Source: Lama guanicoe (taxonomy: Eukaryota). Taken from it: 64,000 bases of DNA. Positions 13,436 to 27,000 of this stretch are shown in pieces (position 1 is the stretch's first letter; each line of letters opens with the position of its first letter). Where the stretch lies: NCBI GenBank assembly GCA_013239625.1, contig MU054187.1, forward strand, positions 5,529,757-5,593,756. The letters run 5' to 3'. The position numbers and the translations under genes are program-made. The notes beneath the pieces are model-generated. The model saw only the letters and a list, made by a program, of their open reading frames with translations, was not told where the DNA came from and did not search any database.

Positions 13436-14094
13436 ACACTATCTTTTAAAAAAGATTTTGGAATGTGCACTTTATTTGTCTTTATCTGTCCTTTTCTCTG
13501 TCCTGCTATGCGTGTATGTAAACCACTTAAAAATTAATTACAGACATTATACCTCTTTACCTCTAAATATTTCAGCGTGTATTTTTTAGAAACAAAAATA
13601 ATCCCTGATATCACAGAGTAATCTAATCAAATTCAGGAAAGAAAGAGTATAAAATCCATATTTGAATTTCACCAATTTTCCAGTGATGTTCTTTGTAATA
13701 ACATTGTTTTTTGCTCTTGACATAGGATCAAATCCAAGGTCATGCATTGTATTAATTTCATGTGTCCTTAGTTTCTTTTAATCTGGAACAGTTTCTCTGT
13801 CTTTCCTTGTTTTTCACAATGTTAGTATTGTTTTATACATTTTGAATTTGCTCTGCTAAATGCATACAAATTTAGAATTATTCTATCATCTTGGTGAGTT
13901 GCACTACTTATAATTATGTAGTTACTTTCTTTACCCCTAATAATGTCTTTTGTCCTAAAGACTATTTTATGTGACATTGATATTCCTACATTAGCTTTCT
14001 TTTGTCTACCATTTGGCTCATATATATTTTTACATCTTTTTACATAGCATCATGCCCTGTGCTTTCAGTGTATCTCTTTTACCTATTTTAAATT

Positions 14095-14306
14095 GTTTAA
14101 TGTATTTATTTTTTATCTGAGGTATAGTTGGTGTACAATATTATACGTTAACAGGTATACAACACATTGGTTCTCAATTTTTAAAAGTTATACCCCATTA
14201 ATAGTTATTATAAAATACTGACTGTATTCCCTGTGCTGTACAATATATCCTTGTAGCATATTTATTTTGTACATAATAGTTTGCACGTCTTAATCCCCTA
14301 CCCCTA
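14095..14306 (-). mobile_element. L1 3' end (L1MA/cetartiodactyl-type), 5'-truncated
   Basis: 'gaggtatagttggtgtacaatatta...ttccctgtgctgtacaatatatccttg'. Flanking direct repeat tcttttaccta near 14075 and 14307. Confidence 0.85.
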
Positions 14307-14574
14307 TCTTTTACCTACTTTCAAAATTTGTTATCATCACCACCATTATTAACAGCATCCGTAGCAGTATTATTTTTTCATAAAAGCAATAAGTGTTGAA
14401 TTTTAAAACATCTTTACCATGAGGTTTACTCAGAAAGATTTTTCATTAAATCTTAGATGGCCCTGATAACATTTTCCTTCTTCTTAAAATACTTGCTTTA
14501 GAAAAAAAGAAAAATTCTTAATGATGATGGTGTTAAGTTTATGGAGTTAGATAAAGGATTCCTTTCAAAAGGAG

Positions 14575-14790
14575 TGGGTTGTAGCAGAGAAAACATAGGC
14601 TTTGGAGCCAGATAGACTTGCATTCAAATTGTGACTCTGCCTTTAACAAGTTGTGACCTTACACAGGGTCACATAGCTTTCTTTCTTTGTGGATCAGGTT
14701 TTGCATCTGGTGAACAACGGCCGGGTAGGACAGTTGCCAAGAATAAAATATAACAATGTCTGTTTCTAGCACAGACTAAGAATTCACAAA
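14575..14790 (+). mobile_element. MIR SINE
   Basis: 'aggctttggagccagatagacttgcattcaaattgtgactctgcctttaacaagttgtgacc' is the MIR core. Confidence 0.75.
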
Positions 14791-15909
14791 GTTCTGTCCC
14801 TCTTTCTATTTACGACTTCACTTTTCCCTTATGAGATTTTTTTTTTATCTCTTCTCTACTACTGATCACTCAAATGTTTTACTTTTAAATTCTTTGATAA
14901 CCGTTTATTTGATGATAGGGAGAGTGAACAACTGTAAGTCATTGTTACTGGGATTGCTATAGATATGACAGCACAAAATGCAAATCTTTATCATTAAATT
15001 ACAATTAATTTAATAAAAATAATTTATTTAATTTTAACCGCTGCAGGAATAAAACATAAAATTCTAATATGAAATGGGCACAGCCAAAGATTAAACATCA
15101 GTTCTGTTCACACCCAAGAGGAAGTATTTGTGTTATCAACAGAAGCTTTTCTTTGTTTTAACTAAGGTCTCCTGCCTTTGCTGCCTTTGTCATATTCATT
15201 AGAGCCTGTCGATACATGACAGTGTTTAAACATCACTTCCCGGCATTCCAGAGTAGAGATCCAGGCTAGATCAATATTCACCTATTATCATCTACAGTCA
15301 ATGTACAAAGTCTTACTTGAGCTGATAAATAATTATCTTTTACAGTAGGTATTAAGGAGAATTTGTTTGTGATGTTCTTAGTTGCTCTTTTCTACAGAAG
15401 ACATAAGCCACAATAGATACGACTTATCTCCACATGCAGAGCAATACAATTTACATCACCTAACTTGTATATTTCTGAAATAGTCTTTGTGGCAATATAA
15501 GCACAGCATACGTCTCAGAAAAAGGTGAAAATCTTTCATGTTTAAATAACCTTGGTTGTTCTTTATATATGTGAATTGAAGTCAGCTTCTCGTCAAGGTG
15601 ATCTGTAAGATAAATGCATATCATTAAACACTAGAATCACTGCAAGATGGGTGTTCATCTTAGAAAAGGCACATGGACACACAGACTTACTGAGGAAGCT
15701 ACCGTCACCACTTGTACTCCATTGTCACTACGTATATTGGCTGGCAGAATTATTTAAACTGATATTTTTTCTTTCTTTATTTTGCCTATATTTTTGTTTT
15801 ATATAGGTACATAGGTCAGTACATTTGTATTTATTTATTTTTGCTGAGCAAATAGATTTGACTGTGAGCATTAAACATGTGGAAAACAAAAAATTCCCTA
15901 ATGGTTAAG

Positions 15910-16142
15910 AACCCAGCCTCCCTCTTACAGGTTGTGTGATCTTGAGCCCATTACTCTTCCTAAGATTCCCTTCCCTCACCATTAGAAATGGAGATGAAAC
16001 AGTTTTGTCTTTGTCAGTCTTGATAATAATGCCTACTGCAGAAGGCTTCCGTGGAGACTCTGTGGCATTTATGGAGTAATTAACTTCCTTCACTTAGTAT
16101 CTGACACACATGTAATACTCAACAAACAGTTGTTAGTATTAT
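15910..16142 (+). mobile_element. MIR SINE
   Basis: 'gttgtgtgatcttgagcc...' and 'cacttagtatctgacacacatgtaatactcaacaaac'. Confidence 0.65.
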
Positions 16143-16844
16143 TATATGTTTGTACACATTTAAAAAATACATGTTTTTAAACAATGTGGTATCACTTAAC
16201 CAAAGAAATTCAGCCTGAGGCTGTGTCCTTTTGATCCTTTTTATACCTAAAGAATGGTGGCCAAGAAAGGGGTTGGTGTTCTGCTCAGCAGAGTACCTTA
16301 AGGGTCACCAAATTCCAGGACTGTGTACTGCAAAAGTGTGTTTGACCCATTCTGTGCCTATGCATTATATTTTCAGGAAATGAAGCCATAAGTAGCTACC
16401 TACTGTATAAATTAGGCTTCTGATCTACTCATTTAAATCAGAACATACACACCACCAGACAGTAGGCTACTGATTTTGACCCACACTACTGCTCCTTCAG
16501 ATTATCAGGGCATTAAAATGGTAAAATCCAAAATTACTTTGTGACCATGGATATTAATTTACTGGCTCTGGAAAAGTTTAATTAACTCTTCCTGCTTCAT
16601 GAAAAAAAGGTAAATTTCTGTAAGAGCTGCACAGTTCATCTCTTCCAAATAGAGCCTCTCCTTGGACACTGCTGAATAAACACCAGCAATATTTGCTCTC
16701 TGGATCCCTGGATTCTAGATCCGTGGAGAATATACCTTATATAGTATTTAAAACCAGTTCTTATTAACTTTACTGTCCAGTTTGTTAATATAATGGTTTT
16801 CCAGACATGTTTCAATATAATTGTCTTATCTAAGCTTAAATACT

Positions 16845-19800
16845 TTTTGTCTGTTAAGATAATCATATGATTTTTGTTTTTTATTCTACACATATATTAC
16901 ATTAATTGACTTTTAGATGTTGAACCAACCTTGCATTCCTGGGATAAATTCCACGTGGTTCTAGTGTGCGTGTGTCTATATATAACACACACACATATAT
17001 ATATATTGCTGGATTCAGTTGAAAAGTGTTTTTTGAGGATCTGTCATTCATTTTCATGAAAGATACTAATTGTTTTCTTTTCATGGATGACTTTGATTTT
17101 GTTATTATGGTATACTGGCATCATACAATGAGTTGGGAAGTTCTCCTTTCTGTCCTATTTTTTGGAAGGGTTCAAGAAGTATTGGGATTATTTCTTATTA
17201 AAATGTTTGATAGAATTTGGTAGTGAAGCCATCTAAGCCCGAGCTTTCCTTTGTGGATAGTTTTTCAGTTACTACTTTAGTCTTGTTACTTATTATGTAT
17301 TTACTCAGGTTACCTATTTCTCTTTGAGTCAGTTTTGGAAGTCTGTAGCTACCTAAGAATTTGTCCATTTTATCTAAGTGATCTAATTTATTAACAAACA
17401 TGATACTGGCATACAGGAATTTTGGTGGTATTCCTTTATAATCCTTTTTATTTCTGTAAGTTTGTCAGTAATGTTTCCTTTATGTTTTTGATTCTGGTAA
17501 CTTGACTTCTCTTTCTCCCTCTCTCTTTGATCAGTCTAACTGAAGATGTATCAGTTTAGTTAATGATAACAAATTTTTAAAAATAAGTAAAGGGTAGGGG
17601 ATTAAGAGGTGTCCTTATTATGTTTCTATTTCCCTTTTGATCTTTTGTGTAGTTGCTCTATTTGTTACAAAAAGTGGGATACTAAAGTCTCCAACGATCA
17701 TTATTAAATGTTTTTATTTCATCCTCTATTTCTACAAGTTTTTGCTTCATATATTTTGGTGCTTTTTTATTAGGGGCATATGTTTATAATATGATATATA
17801 AAATTATTACTCCTATATTCCTTTTCCCCATTTTTGTAATAGCATTGTTATGTCTATTCATGTTACAAATTCAACAATACCTTATTATAATTAATTTACT
17901 ACCTGTGGTCATTTCCTTGGCCCAATACAGCTTTGCTTCCACATACTACTTTTATGCTGTTATCAGCAACTGTATTACAAATATATAACGTTTCTATATG
18001 TTATGGGTGCAACAATACACTATATATACATATTATTTTACACATTTTAAAATCAGAAAATAAATGAGAAAAATATGCATTTCTATTAGCTTTTATACTT
18101 ACATAATCACTTTGCCAATGCTTTTTACTTATTTGCATGGCTTCAAATTATCATGTATGGTCACCTACTTTCAGTCTAAATACTTCCTTTAGTATTTCTT
18201 CTAAGGCATGCCTTCTAGTAACACATTCTCAGTTTTTGTTTATCTGGTGAGGCCTTTATTTCACTTCACTTTTGAAAGACAGCTATGCTGAATATAGTAA
18301 TCTTGGTTGACAGTTTGTATCTTTGAGCACTTTGAATATGTCGTAGCACTACCTTTCTGCGGAGAAGTCACCTGTTGTATTATTGGAGTTCCCTGGTAAG
18401 TGATGAACAATTGTTCTCTTACTGCTTTCAAGATTTTCTCCTTATCTTTGACTTAAAGCATTTTTACTATGATGTGTCTGTTTGTGAATCCCTTTGTGTT
18501 TATCTGACTTGCAATTTGTTGATGTATACATTCATGTTTTTTAAAATAAATTTGGGGATTTTTTTAGTTATTTGTCCTAATATTTTCTGCTCTCCTTATG
18601 CATATCTCTCTTTCTGGTACTCTCATTATCCATTTTTGATGTGTTTAGCACTATCTCACTTTTATATGAAGCTTTTCAATTTTTCTTCATTCTTTTTCCT
18701 CTTTGTTTTTCAGACTGGTCTGATCAATCTATCTTCAAGTTTGATAATTCTTCCTTCTGATACATGAAATTTACTGAATTATATTGACCACCCCCAGTGA
18801 ATTTTTCTTTTCAGTTATTGTACTTTTCAACACCAAAATTTGGTTCTTTTTTATAATCTCTGTCTCTTTATTGATATTCTCTATTTCATACAGTATAATC
18901 ATCATATCTTCCATTACTTCTTCTTTGAACATACTAATAATGGCTCTTTTGGGGTCCTTTTCTATTAAATCCCACATCTGGTCACTCTCACATGCAGTTT
19001 ATGCTGTCAGAATTTTTTTTTTTTTTTGGTATGGATCATACATTCTTATTTATTTGCATGTGTCATATTTTTTGTTATAAACCAGACACTTTTGACAATA
19101 TAGAACAGCAACTCTAGGTACTTTTTCCCCCTCACTTTGGGGCTTGTAATTGTTTTTTGCTAGTTTATTTGTTCAGTGACCCCCTGGGTTATTTTAGCGA
19201 AGTTTATTTTTCTTCTATAGTGTTAAGCCTGTGATGTTGCTGCTCCTTCTTCTGTTTCCTTGGGAACACCTAGCTATTGGGCTATGATGATTGCAGGCTG
19301 ATTTCTCTATAGTTTCAACAATGCCTTATGGCATAAATTATTCTACAAAGTAATTCAATCAAACTTGGGTCCCATTGACGGAACAGTTCCCAAGCTCAAT
19401 GTTTGGTATTTTTCTGACCCTAGAAGGGCTTTTCCCAACCATCCCCTTCCCCAAATTAGTTGGCCTACAATTTAGCCTGTTTCTTGAGCCTTCTTCTAGT
19501 TGTCCCCTAACACAACCCCCAACATTTTTGAGAGCACCCATAAGCCTGAACTTGTCTATGTTATGCTGCAAATAATATCTGTTTTACAGCCTGATTCCTA
19601 CCTCAGGCAAAATCTCTGAGCCAGCGATCTGGAGCTGGAGGTTGGAAAATGGTGAGTTCCTCTTAGAGGAACATTCCCACTCAAGAAGCTGAGTGCTTGG
19701 TGGTGGGGGATCAACAGCAACCTAAGGCCCTTTTGGCGTGCTTTCTCTGGAATGGAACCGCTGCTTCACAAGCCAGGGCAAGGACCATCATGGTCCAGAC

Positions 19801-20150
19801 AGCCTCAGCAGCTCCCTGCCCAAGGCAGAGTCTTTGGTTAATGAGTGGAGGCCGGGCAGAGGATGGGAACACCGCCTGTCACCCCCACCCACCCAGAACT
19901 TGGCCTCAGACCCCGGCGGGATGAGAAATGCTTTTGTGATGCTCCTACTGGGAACTGAAGAGAGGAGGGTCCCTGCGCTCTTGACAGGTGGGAGAGGGAG
20001 GGAGGCAGTGGTCTTGCTTTTCTGATGGAATCTTCATAGGTTTTCTTGATTAGATATTTCTTCACTTGTATGTCCTGAAGACCATTTTCAGAGGTTTTTA
20101 AAAGGTTAGTAGTGACTTTTCAATTAATTTTCATCAGTTTCAATGGGGAT
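16845..20150 (-). mobile_element. Internally deleted old L1 (ORF2 RT/linker pieces, ORF1 and 5' UTR)
   Basis: Minus ORFs give L1 ORF2-like LDKMDKFLGSYRLPKLTQREI...SSGLDGFTTKFYQTF (17198-17401) and ORF1-like ENINKETEIIKKNQILVLKSTITE (18771-18977). A GC-richer 5' UTR-like region lies at 19.2-20.1 kb. Confidence 0.85.
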
Positions 20151-21739
20151 CAGGTCCCTAGAGAGTTATGTGAAAAATCTTCCTTTATATTACATTTTAT
20201 CATTTCAAATTATTGATATGTTTTCTGTATCACAACTAAAACAGGTGATTTCATGAAAATTAGACAACTACTTCAGATGCCAGTGCATGTTCTTCATAGG
20301 GAAATGATCAGACGTGTATTTTCAAATAAAAGATTACATAGAACACAGACAGTGATTTTTAAATGTAACACAGCACACGTTGCACTTCTTTGAAAACATT
20401 CATGTTCCTTCTTTTCTTGTCTGTTGTGCTGATCAACGCTGATTCAGGTGTCAAAAAAACTTAATAAATGAGACTAAGTTATACTAGAGAAACACTATAA
20501 AACATGACCCTTAACGAGATTGACCTTCTACTAAATGACACACTTGCTATGAGACATGAAGAAGGCAGTGAGTAATCAAAAAGAAAGCATAAGAAAAAGT
20601 GAAAATGTGTCAGGAGATAAAATTAATTTAGTTTAAAAATCTTTTCATGTAAATTATAAGTAATGGTAACACAGAGCTTTTAAGTGGCATTGAAGCTGTA
20701 GACATATTTTAGTGGGAAATCAAATGTGAGAATCTTGCAAAAATTTCACATTGAAATTTGGCAGATGAAATATTCTGGATATTAAGAATTTAGCCCAATG
20801 ATAAAGTTGCTGTTTGCATGCATACATGCTTTCTGTTGAATAATCAATACATTTATCAGCTTGAAATAAACTACATGAAATTGCACCCTAAGCAAGATAT
20901 AAGCTCTTCCATCAGAGTTTCAATGAGCAAGAACTAAGACACCAGGAGGTTAAGCAGTTTTCCTATTTTTCACATGGTAAAATGGCTCCAGGTAATTTCT
21001 AACCAGTTTTAGTTAAAAAAAAAAAAAAAAGAAATCACAAATTGATGAGAATCTTCTGGAAACCTAGGGTCAGGATTTCAAGTTCTCTGCAAAGTTGAAG
21101 AGAAAGAGGAATAAGAATGTGAGAGGTGGGTCGAAAGTGTTAGATGACTCTGTGAGCATTTTAAGGTCATAAGAAACTTTCTTGAGATCAGAATTTTTGT
21201 TCAAAACACATTTAATTTATAGCTAAAATAATGTAACTGAGATCTCTACTTCTCAGCCTTGCTGTGCTGTATTCACCATTTGTGAAGTACTGGTGAGTAA
21301 TTCTGCTCAGATGTTTTGCTAGAACTTTTGGCTGTCACTCAATTCCAAAACTGCAGGAATTGACATTTTTATGAAATGATGCCCTGAAACTGCTGAGTTT
21401 TAAACTGAGGTTTTAATATGAGGAGATAGAAGCTTTAGTTTCATAATGAAACTCAAGCAGCTCCGTTTGGTCCAAGTTTCACATGAACAAAAAACCTACA
21501 GACTAATGAAAACAATCACTAAACTCAATACATTAAATCCAAATTCATAACTCTAACTATCATGGCTATATTAGTAGCATGCTTTTTAATCTTATCATTG
21601 AAATTCAAATATTGGAATGCTGTGTGAAATTTCACAATAAGTCAGAGTCAAATTATCCATTATCAGAACCATGTTTTTCTTCATGTTCAAGCCACAATTC
21701 AGCCTCAGAGTTCTGGCCATGAATTTGTGCCTTTGTCCA

Positions 21740-23040
21740 GCCAGCAAATGTTAATGAGGGTCTATGTGTCAGGCACTGTGATATGTTCTGGGCATTCAAA
21801 GTTGAATAGGGAGTTACTTGTCTTCAAAAAGCTAGTGCTGGGAGAAATAATCATAACATGTGATACGTGTCATGCTTTTAGAATGACAAGAGAATAAAAG
21901 GGGAGCGTGTAAATCCTGCAGGCCAAAGTAGAGTTAAGGAAGAATTTCCAGGGGGTGACACAGAACCTATTTTAAGGGGATAAACTGTAAGAAGGGAGGC
22001 AGATGGAAGACAAGTGATTCAAGCATGTATTACAGGCAGAAGTAGTAGGAAGAATGAAAGGAATGGCACTTCTTAATTACAGGTGATTAGGTATATATTT
22101 ACAGAAACTGATGGCACAACAACAGAGCATGCAGCTAGATAGGTAGGGACAGGGCAGTGTGTGGAAGGCCTTTATACTAAACTGAAGAGCTTAAACCCTA
22201 CTCTGAAATCTTAGAGGGAAATAAAGAGATTTGGGTAGAGGGGTAACATGATCAGATTGGATTTTCAAAAGATGCCTCTGGCAGCTACATGGAAGATGGA
22301 GGGGTGAGAGTGAGGATGCAGGTGGAGAGCAGTTAAGATGCTACTGCAGCAAGGGGACTGCGGGGTCATTAAGACAGCGACCTATGTCATGTCAAGAATA
22401 AAGGCAAGGAGCAGATGAATCTGAAAATATTAAGAAAATGGATTTCAGGAATTGGTGTCTGATTGGGTGAAGAGCAGAGAAATAATCTAGCATGCTAAGA
22501 TAGCCATTTTGATTCCGAGGAGTGGATGAAAGAGAATATAAAAAGAAGAAATCTGGAAAATGAGAACATTTGTTTGAATCATGAATGGTGTGATTTACCT
22601 ATGAAATGTTAAGTGGAAATTATCCATTAGGCAGATAGGTGTATGGTTTTAGAGCCCTGAAAAAAGTTTTGATGATAGGCATTCAAGGATCACAAGAACA
22701 CACGGTATGTGAAACCGGGCAACTACACCTCTGGGTGATTTCCCTACTTGGGGAGTATAAACCTTGAAGAAAAGAAAATGGAACTTTAAATAACAAAGAT
22801 ATTGAATAGGCAAGTGAACAAGGAGGAAACATGGGTGTTCACACACACACACACACACAGAGAGTTAGACGGAGAACCAGGAGTCAGTGGAATAGAAGAA
22901 AGTTTTACAGAAGAAGTGCAGAAAGTGTTTCATTCATTCATTCATTCAGCAATGTGATCATTGTGCACCTGGTATGAGCCAGCACATCTCAGCAGCACGG
23001 ATATAGAGTGTGCAGCACAAAATCCTTGCCCTCACGGTAC
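21740..23040 (-). mobile_element. L2 LINE fragments
   Basis: Antisense L2 3' end 'cagcaaatgttaatgagggtctatgtgtcaggcactgtg', a purine-rich body, and a (ttca)n tail at ~22930. Confidence 0.75.
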
Positions 23041-23386
23041 CCTTGGACCACATTTGATGTGAATCTCCTGGAGCACAACTAGCTACAGGCAAATAAAGAG
23101 ATGTTGTGTTACCCTGGCTCATTTGAATTAAAAAAAAGAAAGAAAAAAAACTTCCACAGCCCGGATCTGGAATAATTTTAAAAGTTGTGTAAAACTCACT
23201 CTGTATAAATCTCTAAATTCATGGGTGATGAGTTGAGCTGTATCCCTGAGCCCATTCAGGTTTCACTCATCATCTGAGAATTTAAATTCTTATCCAAGGT
23301 TCAATAACCTAAAAATACATCATTAGAAATTATCATTGCACACAGCTTTCAGGCACTTTTGCCTGAAAAACGAATACTGTATGCTA

Positions 23387-23395
<9 letters not shown>

Positions 23396-23417
<22 letters not shown>

Positions 23418-24022
23418 GAGTAAAGGTAGATTTATTCAGAGAGATACAGTGAAAGGCAAGAGAAAGGCCACAAGGTGTGGGGTTTGGATGCTCAGATTAA
23501 AAGTAGGTACACATTCCACAGACAGAGTGTGGGCCATCTTGGGGATGGCAGCCAGGAAGCACCTTGTTGCCAGTTTTTCCGGACTTGGTGGCTTCATACG
23601 CTAATAAGTGGAAGGACCAGTCTAACTAGCCTGGGGAAGGGGCTGGGGTTCCCAGGAAGTGGGCCGTTTCCCACTCTCTGTCCTTTTGTGGCTAGCCTTG
23701 GGACTGCCGTGGTGCCTGTGGGCATGTTATTCACCATGTTAATATATTACAATGGGCGTATAATGAAGCTCAAGTTCTGCTAGAAGTCAAATCTCCCACC
23801 GTCTTGAGCCTCAAGGCCTCCTGGGGGTTGAATCTTTTACCATTTTGATGTTAATTGCTGCAACATTCCTTGAATGGCTGTGCCCTGCCCCCTTCCTGCC
23901 TCATTCTCCCATCAGAGATTTTACTCCCATAATCTTGTGGAGTTGCAGCGGGCCAAGGTCATCTTCTGAGACCGCTTCCAGGCTGAGTAGGGGCGTTGAC
24001 CCTGCTTATCAGGTTGTAAAAA
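23396..24022 (-). mobile_element. ERV1-like 3' transcript retrocopy (3' internal end, PPT, U3-R, poly(A)) with TSD
   Basis: On the minus strand: ~120 bp of ERV 3' internal sequence, purine tract gggagaa, LTR start TGAGGCAGG at 23903, AATAAA at 23436-23431, and poly(A) 13 nt later (T-run 23396-23417). Flanked by tgtatgctattttctttt (23378-23395) and tgtatgatactttctttt (24023-24040). Confidence 0.8.
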
Positions 24023-27000
24023 TGTATGATACTTTCTTTTACCATTATTTTTAGCCTTAATGAAAAGCAAAAAATTAAAAGGGAAATTAAAAACTCAAAA
24101 ATGAAGTCCAAATCTAGATTAGACGTTATCTGTTAACCTCAGTTTTGCTTAGATATTTCATTCTCTGGGAATTCATCCAACCGTGATGTTAAGATAAAAA
24201 CTTATATTGGCTTTGATTCAAAATAATCTACCACTTTTCAAAGGTACATAAAGTTCCAGATGGCGTAGCAGTTAGGAGTAATTTAGCCATATACACTCTG
24301 CCCTGTGACCAACAATCAGACCTTAATGAAACTCACTTCTTCATGCGGTTATTGGATTTTGGCCCTATTGTGTGTGCGATGTTTTATTAATATAATGTTA
24401 ATGTTGTTTTAAAGAAATATTTTGACGTGTTGTCTGCTTTTTATTTTACTATGTTGCCTGCTTCTTAACCCTCTCCCCTCTCAGTCCTCCAACCCAGAGC
24501 TTAGGAGCGAAATTGCTTTTTCCTCCTGAGATATATTTATTCTATACATGAAAGTGATTGGGCAGAGGAGGGTCTGCGTGTCACATTCTGAAATAGTAGC
24601 ATTTCAGAGCACCTTTCCAGTTGTCACCATCTGTACCCTCCAGAAGTATGGTTTCAATTTTGCTCTTGAAATATGAGTCAAGCTATGTTACCAACACATA
24701 TTTCTACCTGTCATAACATTTCACTTATTCTGCAGCCTGTGGACAGTTTATAGGTTGCATCTTTTCCTTGGTCTTATTGAAACGGTACCTTCTTGCTCTT
24801 TGAATTCATGTTTCATTAGGGGAGGCAGCATCAGATTTTGTGCCGGGTAAACAGGAGCATCTGGCCTGAGGAGGTGTCATCAGCGCTGAGCGTGGCCCCT
24901 GAATAATGCGCAGCAGTCAGATGCCGTGTAGGAGAGGTGAATACGCCGTCTACTCAGCCTCCCTGTGTGTGCGGGTGCAGCCCTCAGTGATCTGGCCCTC
25001 ACCCCTGCCCAGGAATTAATCAAGCACATAATATGCAGGGTAGAAACAACCTGAAGTAATGATGCAATGGACTGTAGCTTGATCGCTGTCTTTTCTCTGA
25101 TTCAGAGTAGTTTTGTAAGTTCATAGATCTGGATTAAAAGTCCCAATGGACACTTTTCACGTCTTGAGTGAAGCATCAGGAAGCACATACAGAGCCCTCA
25201 GCTTCAGTTTTCTGGATTTCACAAAAGTTTATCATAAATTTAAGGATTTCTTTACAGTAAAAAATTTTCGTGGTATTGATGTACTTTCTTAAGTCAAGCA
25301 AAAAGATGACACCATCCTGGTTTTATTGGCAAAACAATTTTTTTGTGTGTTATTCTCACCAAAGTAAATATTTCCATTAAGATTGTTCCCTTTAAGCAGA
25401 AAAGACACTAGATCTCACTGTTTTGAAAAATGTCCATTATTTCAAGTCAAAATGAAATTTTTCATCATTTATAAAATACAAGTATAAAAAAGGATGTAAA
25501 TGAAGGAAATGAATTTTGATATTAAGTATAAACTAAACAATAGTATCTGGCATATTTTATAAGGAAATCTGGCCAGAGTAATATCAGGGAAGAAAATAAA
25601 ATCTAATAACCACTATGCTGTCTTAAAACAGGCGGTGGGAAAACACGTCATGGTCAACGGTATTTTTTTTTTGATAAAAAGAACATACATAAAATAGGTG
25701 GAATTTGACTCAGGCAGTTTTCCCTTTGGTAAATACTATAGGATCTCAGAAGCCTGGAACTTGCTGCTAAAGGTTTACTAAAGTGTGTTATGGGCTCCCT
25801 CAGCTTAAAATGTTAGTTTCCTTGAAAAAGCACTGGGTCTTATATTGATCAAACCACAGGTTTATCAACACTGATGATGTGTATTTATATATATAGGGGG
25901 AGGAAGGACTGAGTCTGGGAAAGGAGGGAAAAGTGTGGTATCGATTACAGATTCCTTCCAGCTTTCAGCCCAAAATAATGGGAGGGATGATCGTCAGCTG
26001 AATATGAACAGCAATAATCCTCTAAAAAATATGAAAAAGAAACCAAGGGTAAAATGAACTGAATGAAAATGAAAATAGCTTGATACAGGAGAAAGTAGAC
26101 ACATTAAAATCAAGAGTAAAAATAATCAAATTGATGCCCCAGGTGCAAGGACGGTAGAAAAATATTTCAGAGCTCTGAGAAACATTTGAGAGCTGAATTA
26201 AACAGGCTAAATTAATCTTTGAGCAATTTTTTTACTGGGGAAGATGGAATTCATTTTTTTTCACCTTAGTGAATTTATTAATCTCCCCATGGGCAAAAAA
26301 GTCATTTACATTTTTTAAGTACAGAAAGATCTGTGGGTTTTCAAAGCAGCTTTATAAGATATGAGTCATCATTACAAGTGTGTGAACAATCAGGTTTTTA
26401 AAGTCCTTTCGGTCCATACTTGTGGGTGATTTTAGAAAGCTTTGCTACAGATTGCAATATTCATAGCTTTCTTTCCTTGGCAATGTAAACAGACTAGAAG
26501 AGGAAGGTCAAGAAATATTTTTCAATGGTTCTTTACTTATTATTAAATAAAATGTGAAGAAGTCATATGCCATATTAAGTGCAGATTAATTCATTTTAAC
26601 ATGGAAACAAAAAGTATACTATATATTTTTTCAAAATTATTAGCTGATGTCCATTGTTTCTGTTTTACCCAAAACTAACTATCCATTTAATATCCCACAC
26701 AGACACACACATGCACACAGGTTGAACATAAAGCATTTTCTGCGTTGCCCCAGAAAAAAATAATTATACGATTTCCGTATATGCCAAAGTAGACTATTAG
26801 TTACACCTCCAAAAAAATGACTGAAAACATGCTTTAAAATTAGAACTTTTGAAATTAGTGGAAGATGTTTCCAAATTCCCCACTGGTATTAATCTTAAGA
26901 ATTTGGAAACAAACAAACAAAAAATCAGAATTCCTTAGTAGGATCAAGAGTTCCTGAAATATTAGGTTGTCATAAAATGCTTCCAGTGTTCTTCATTCTC

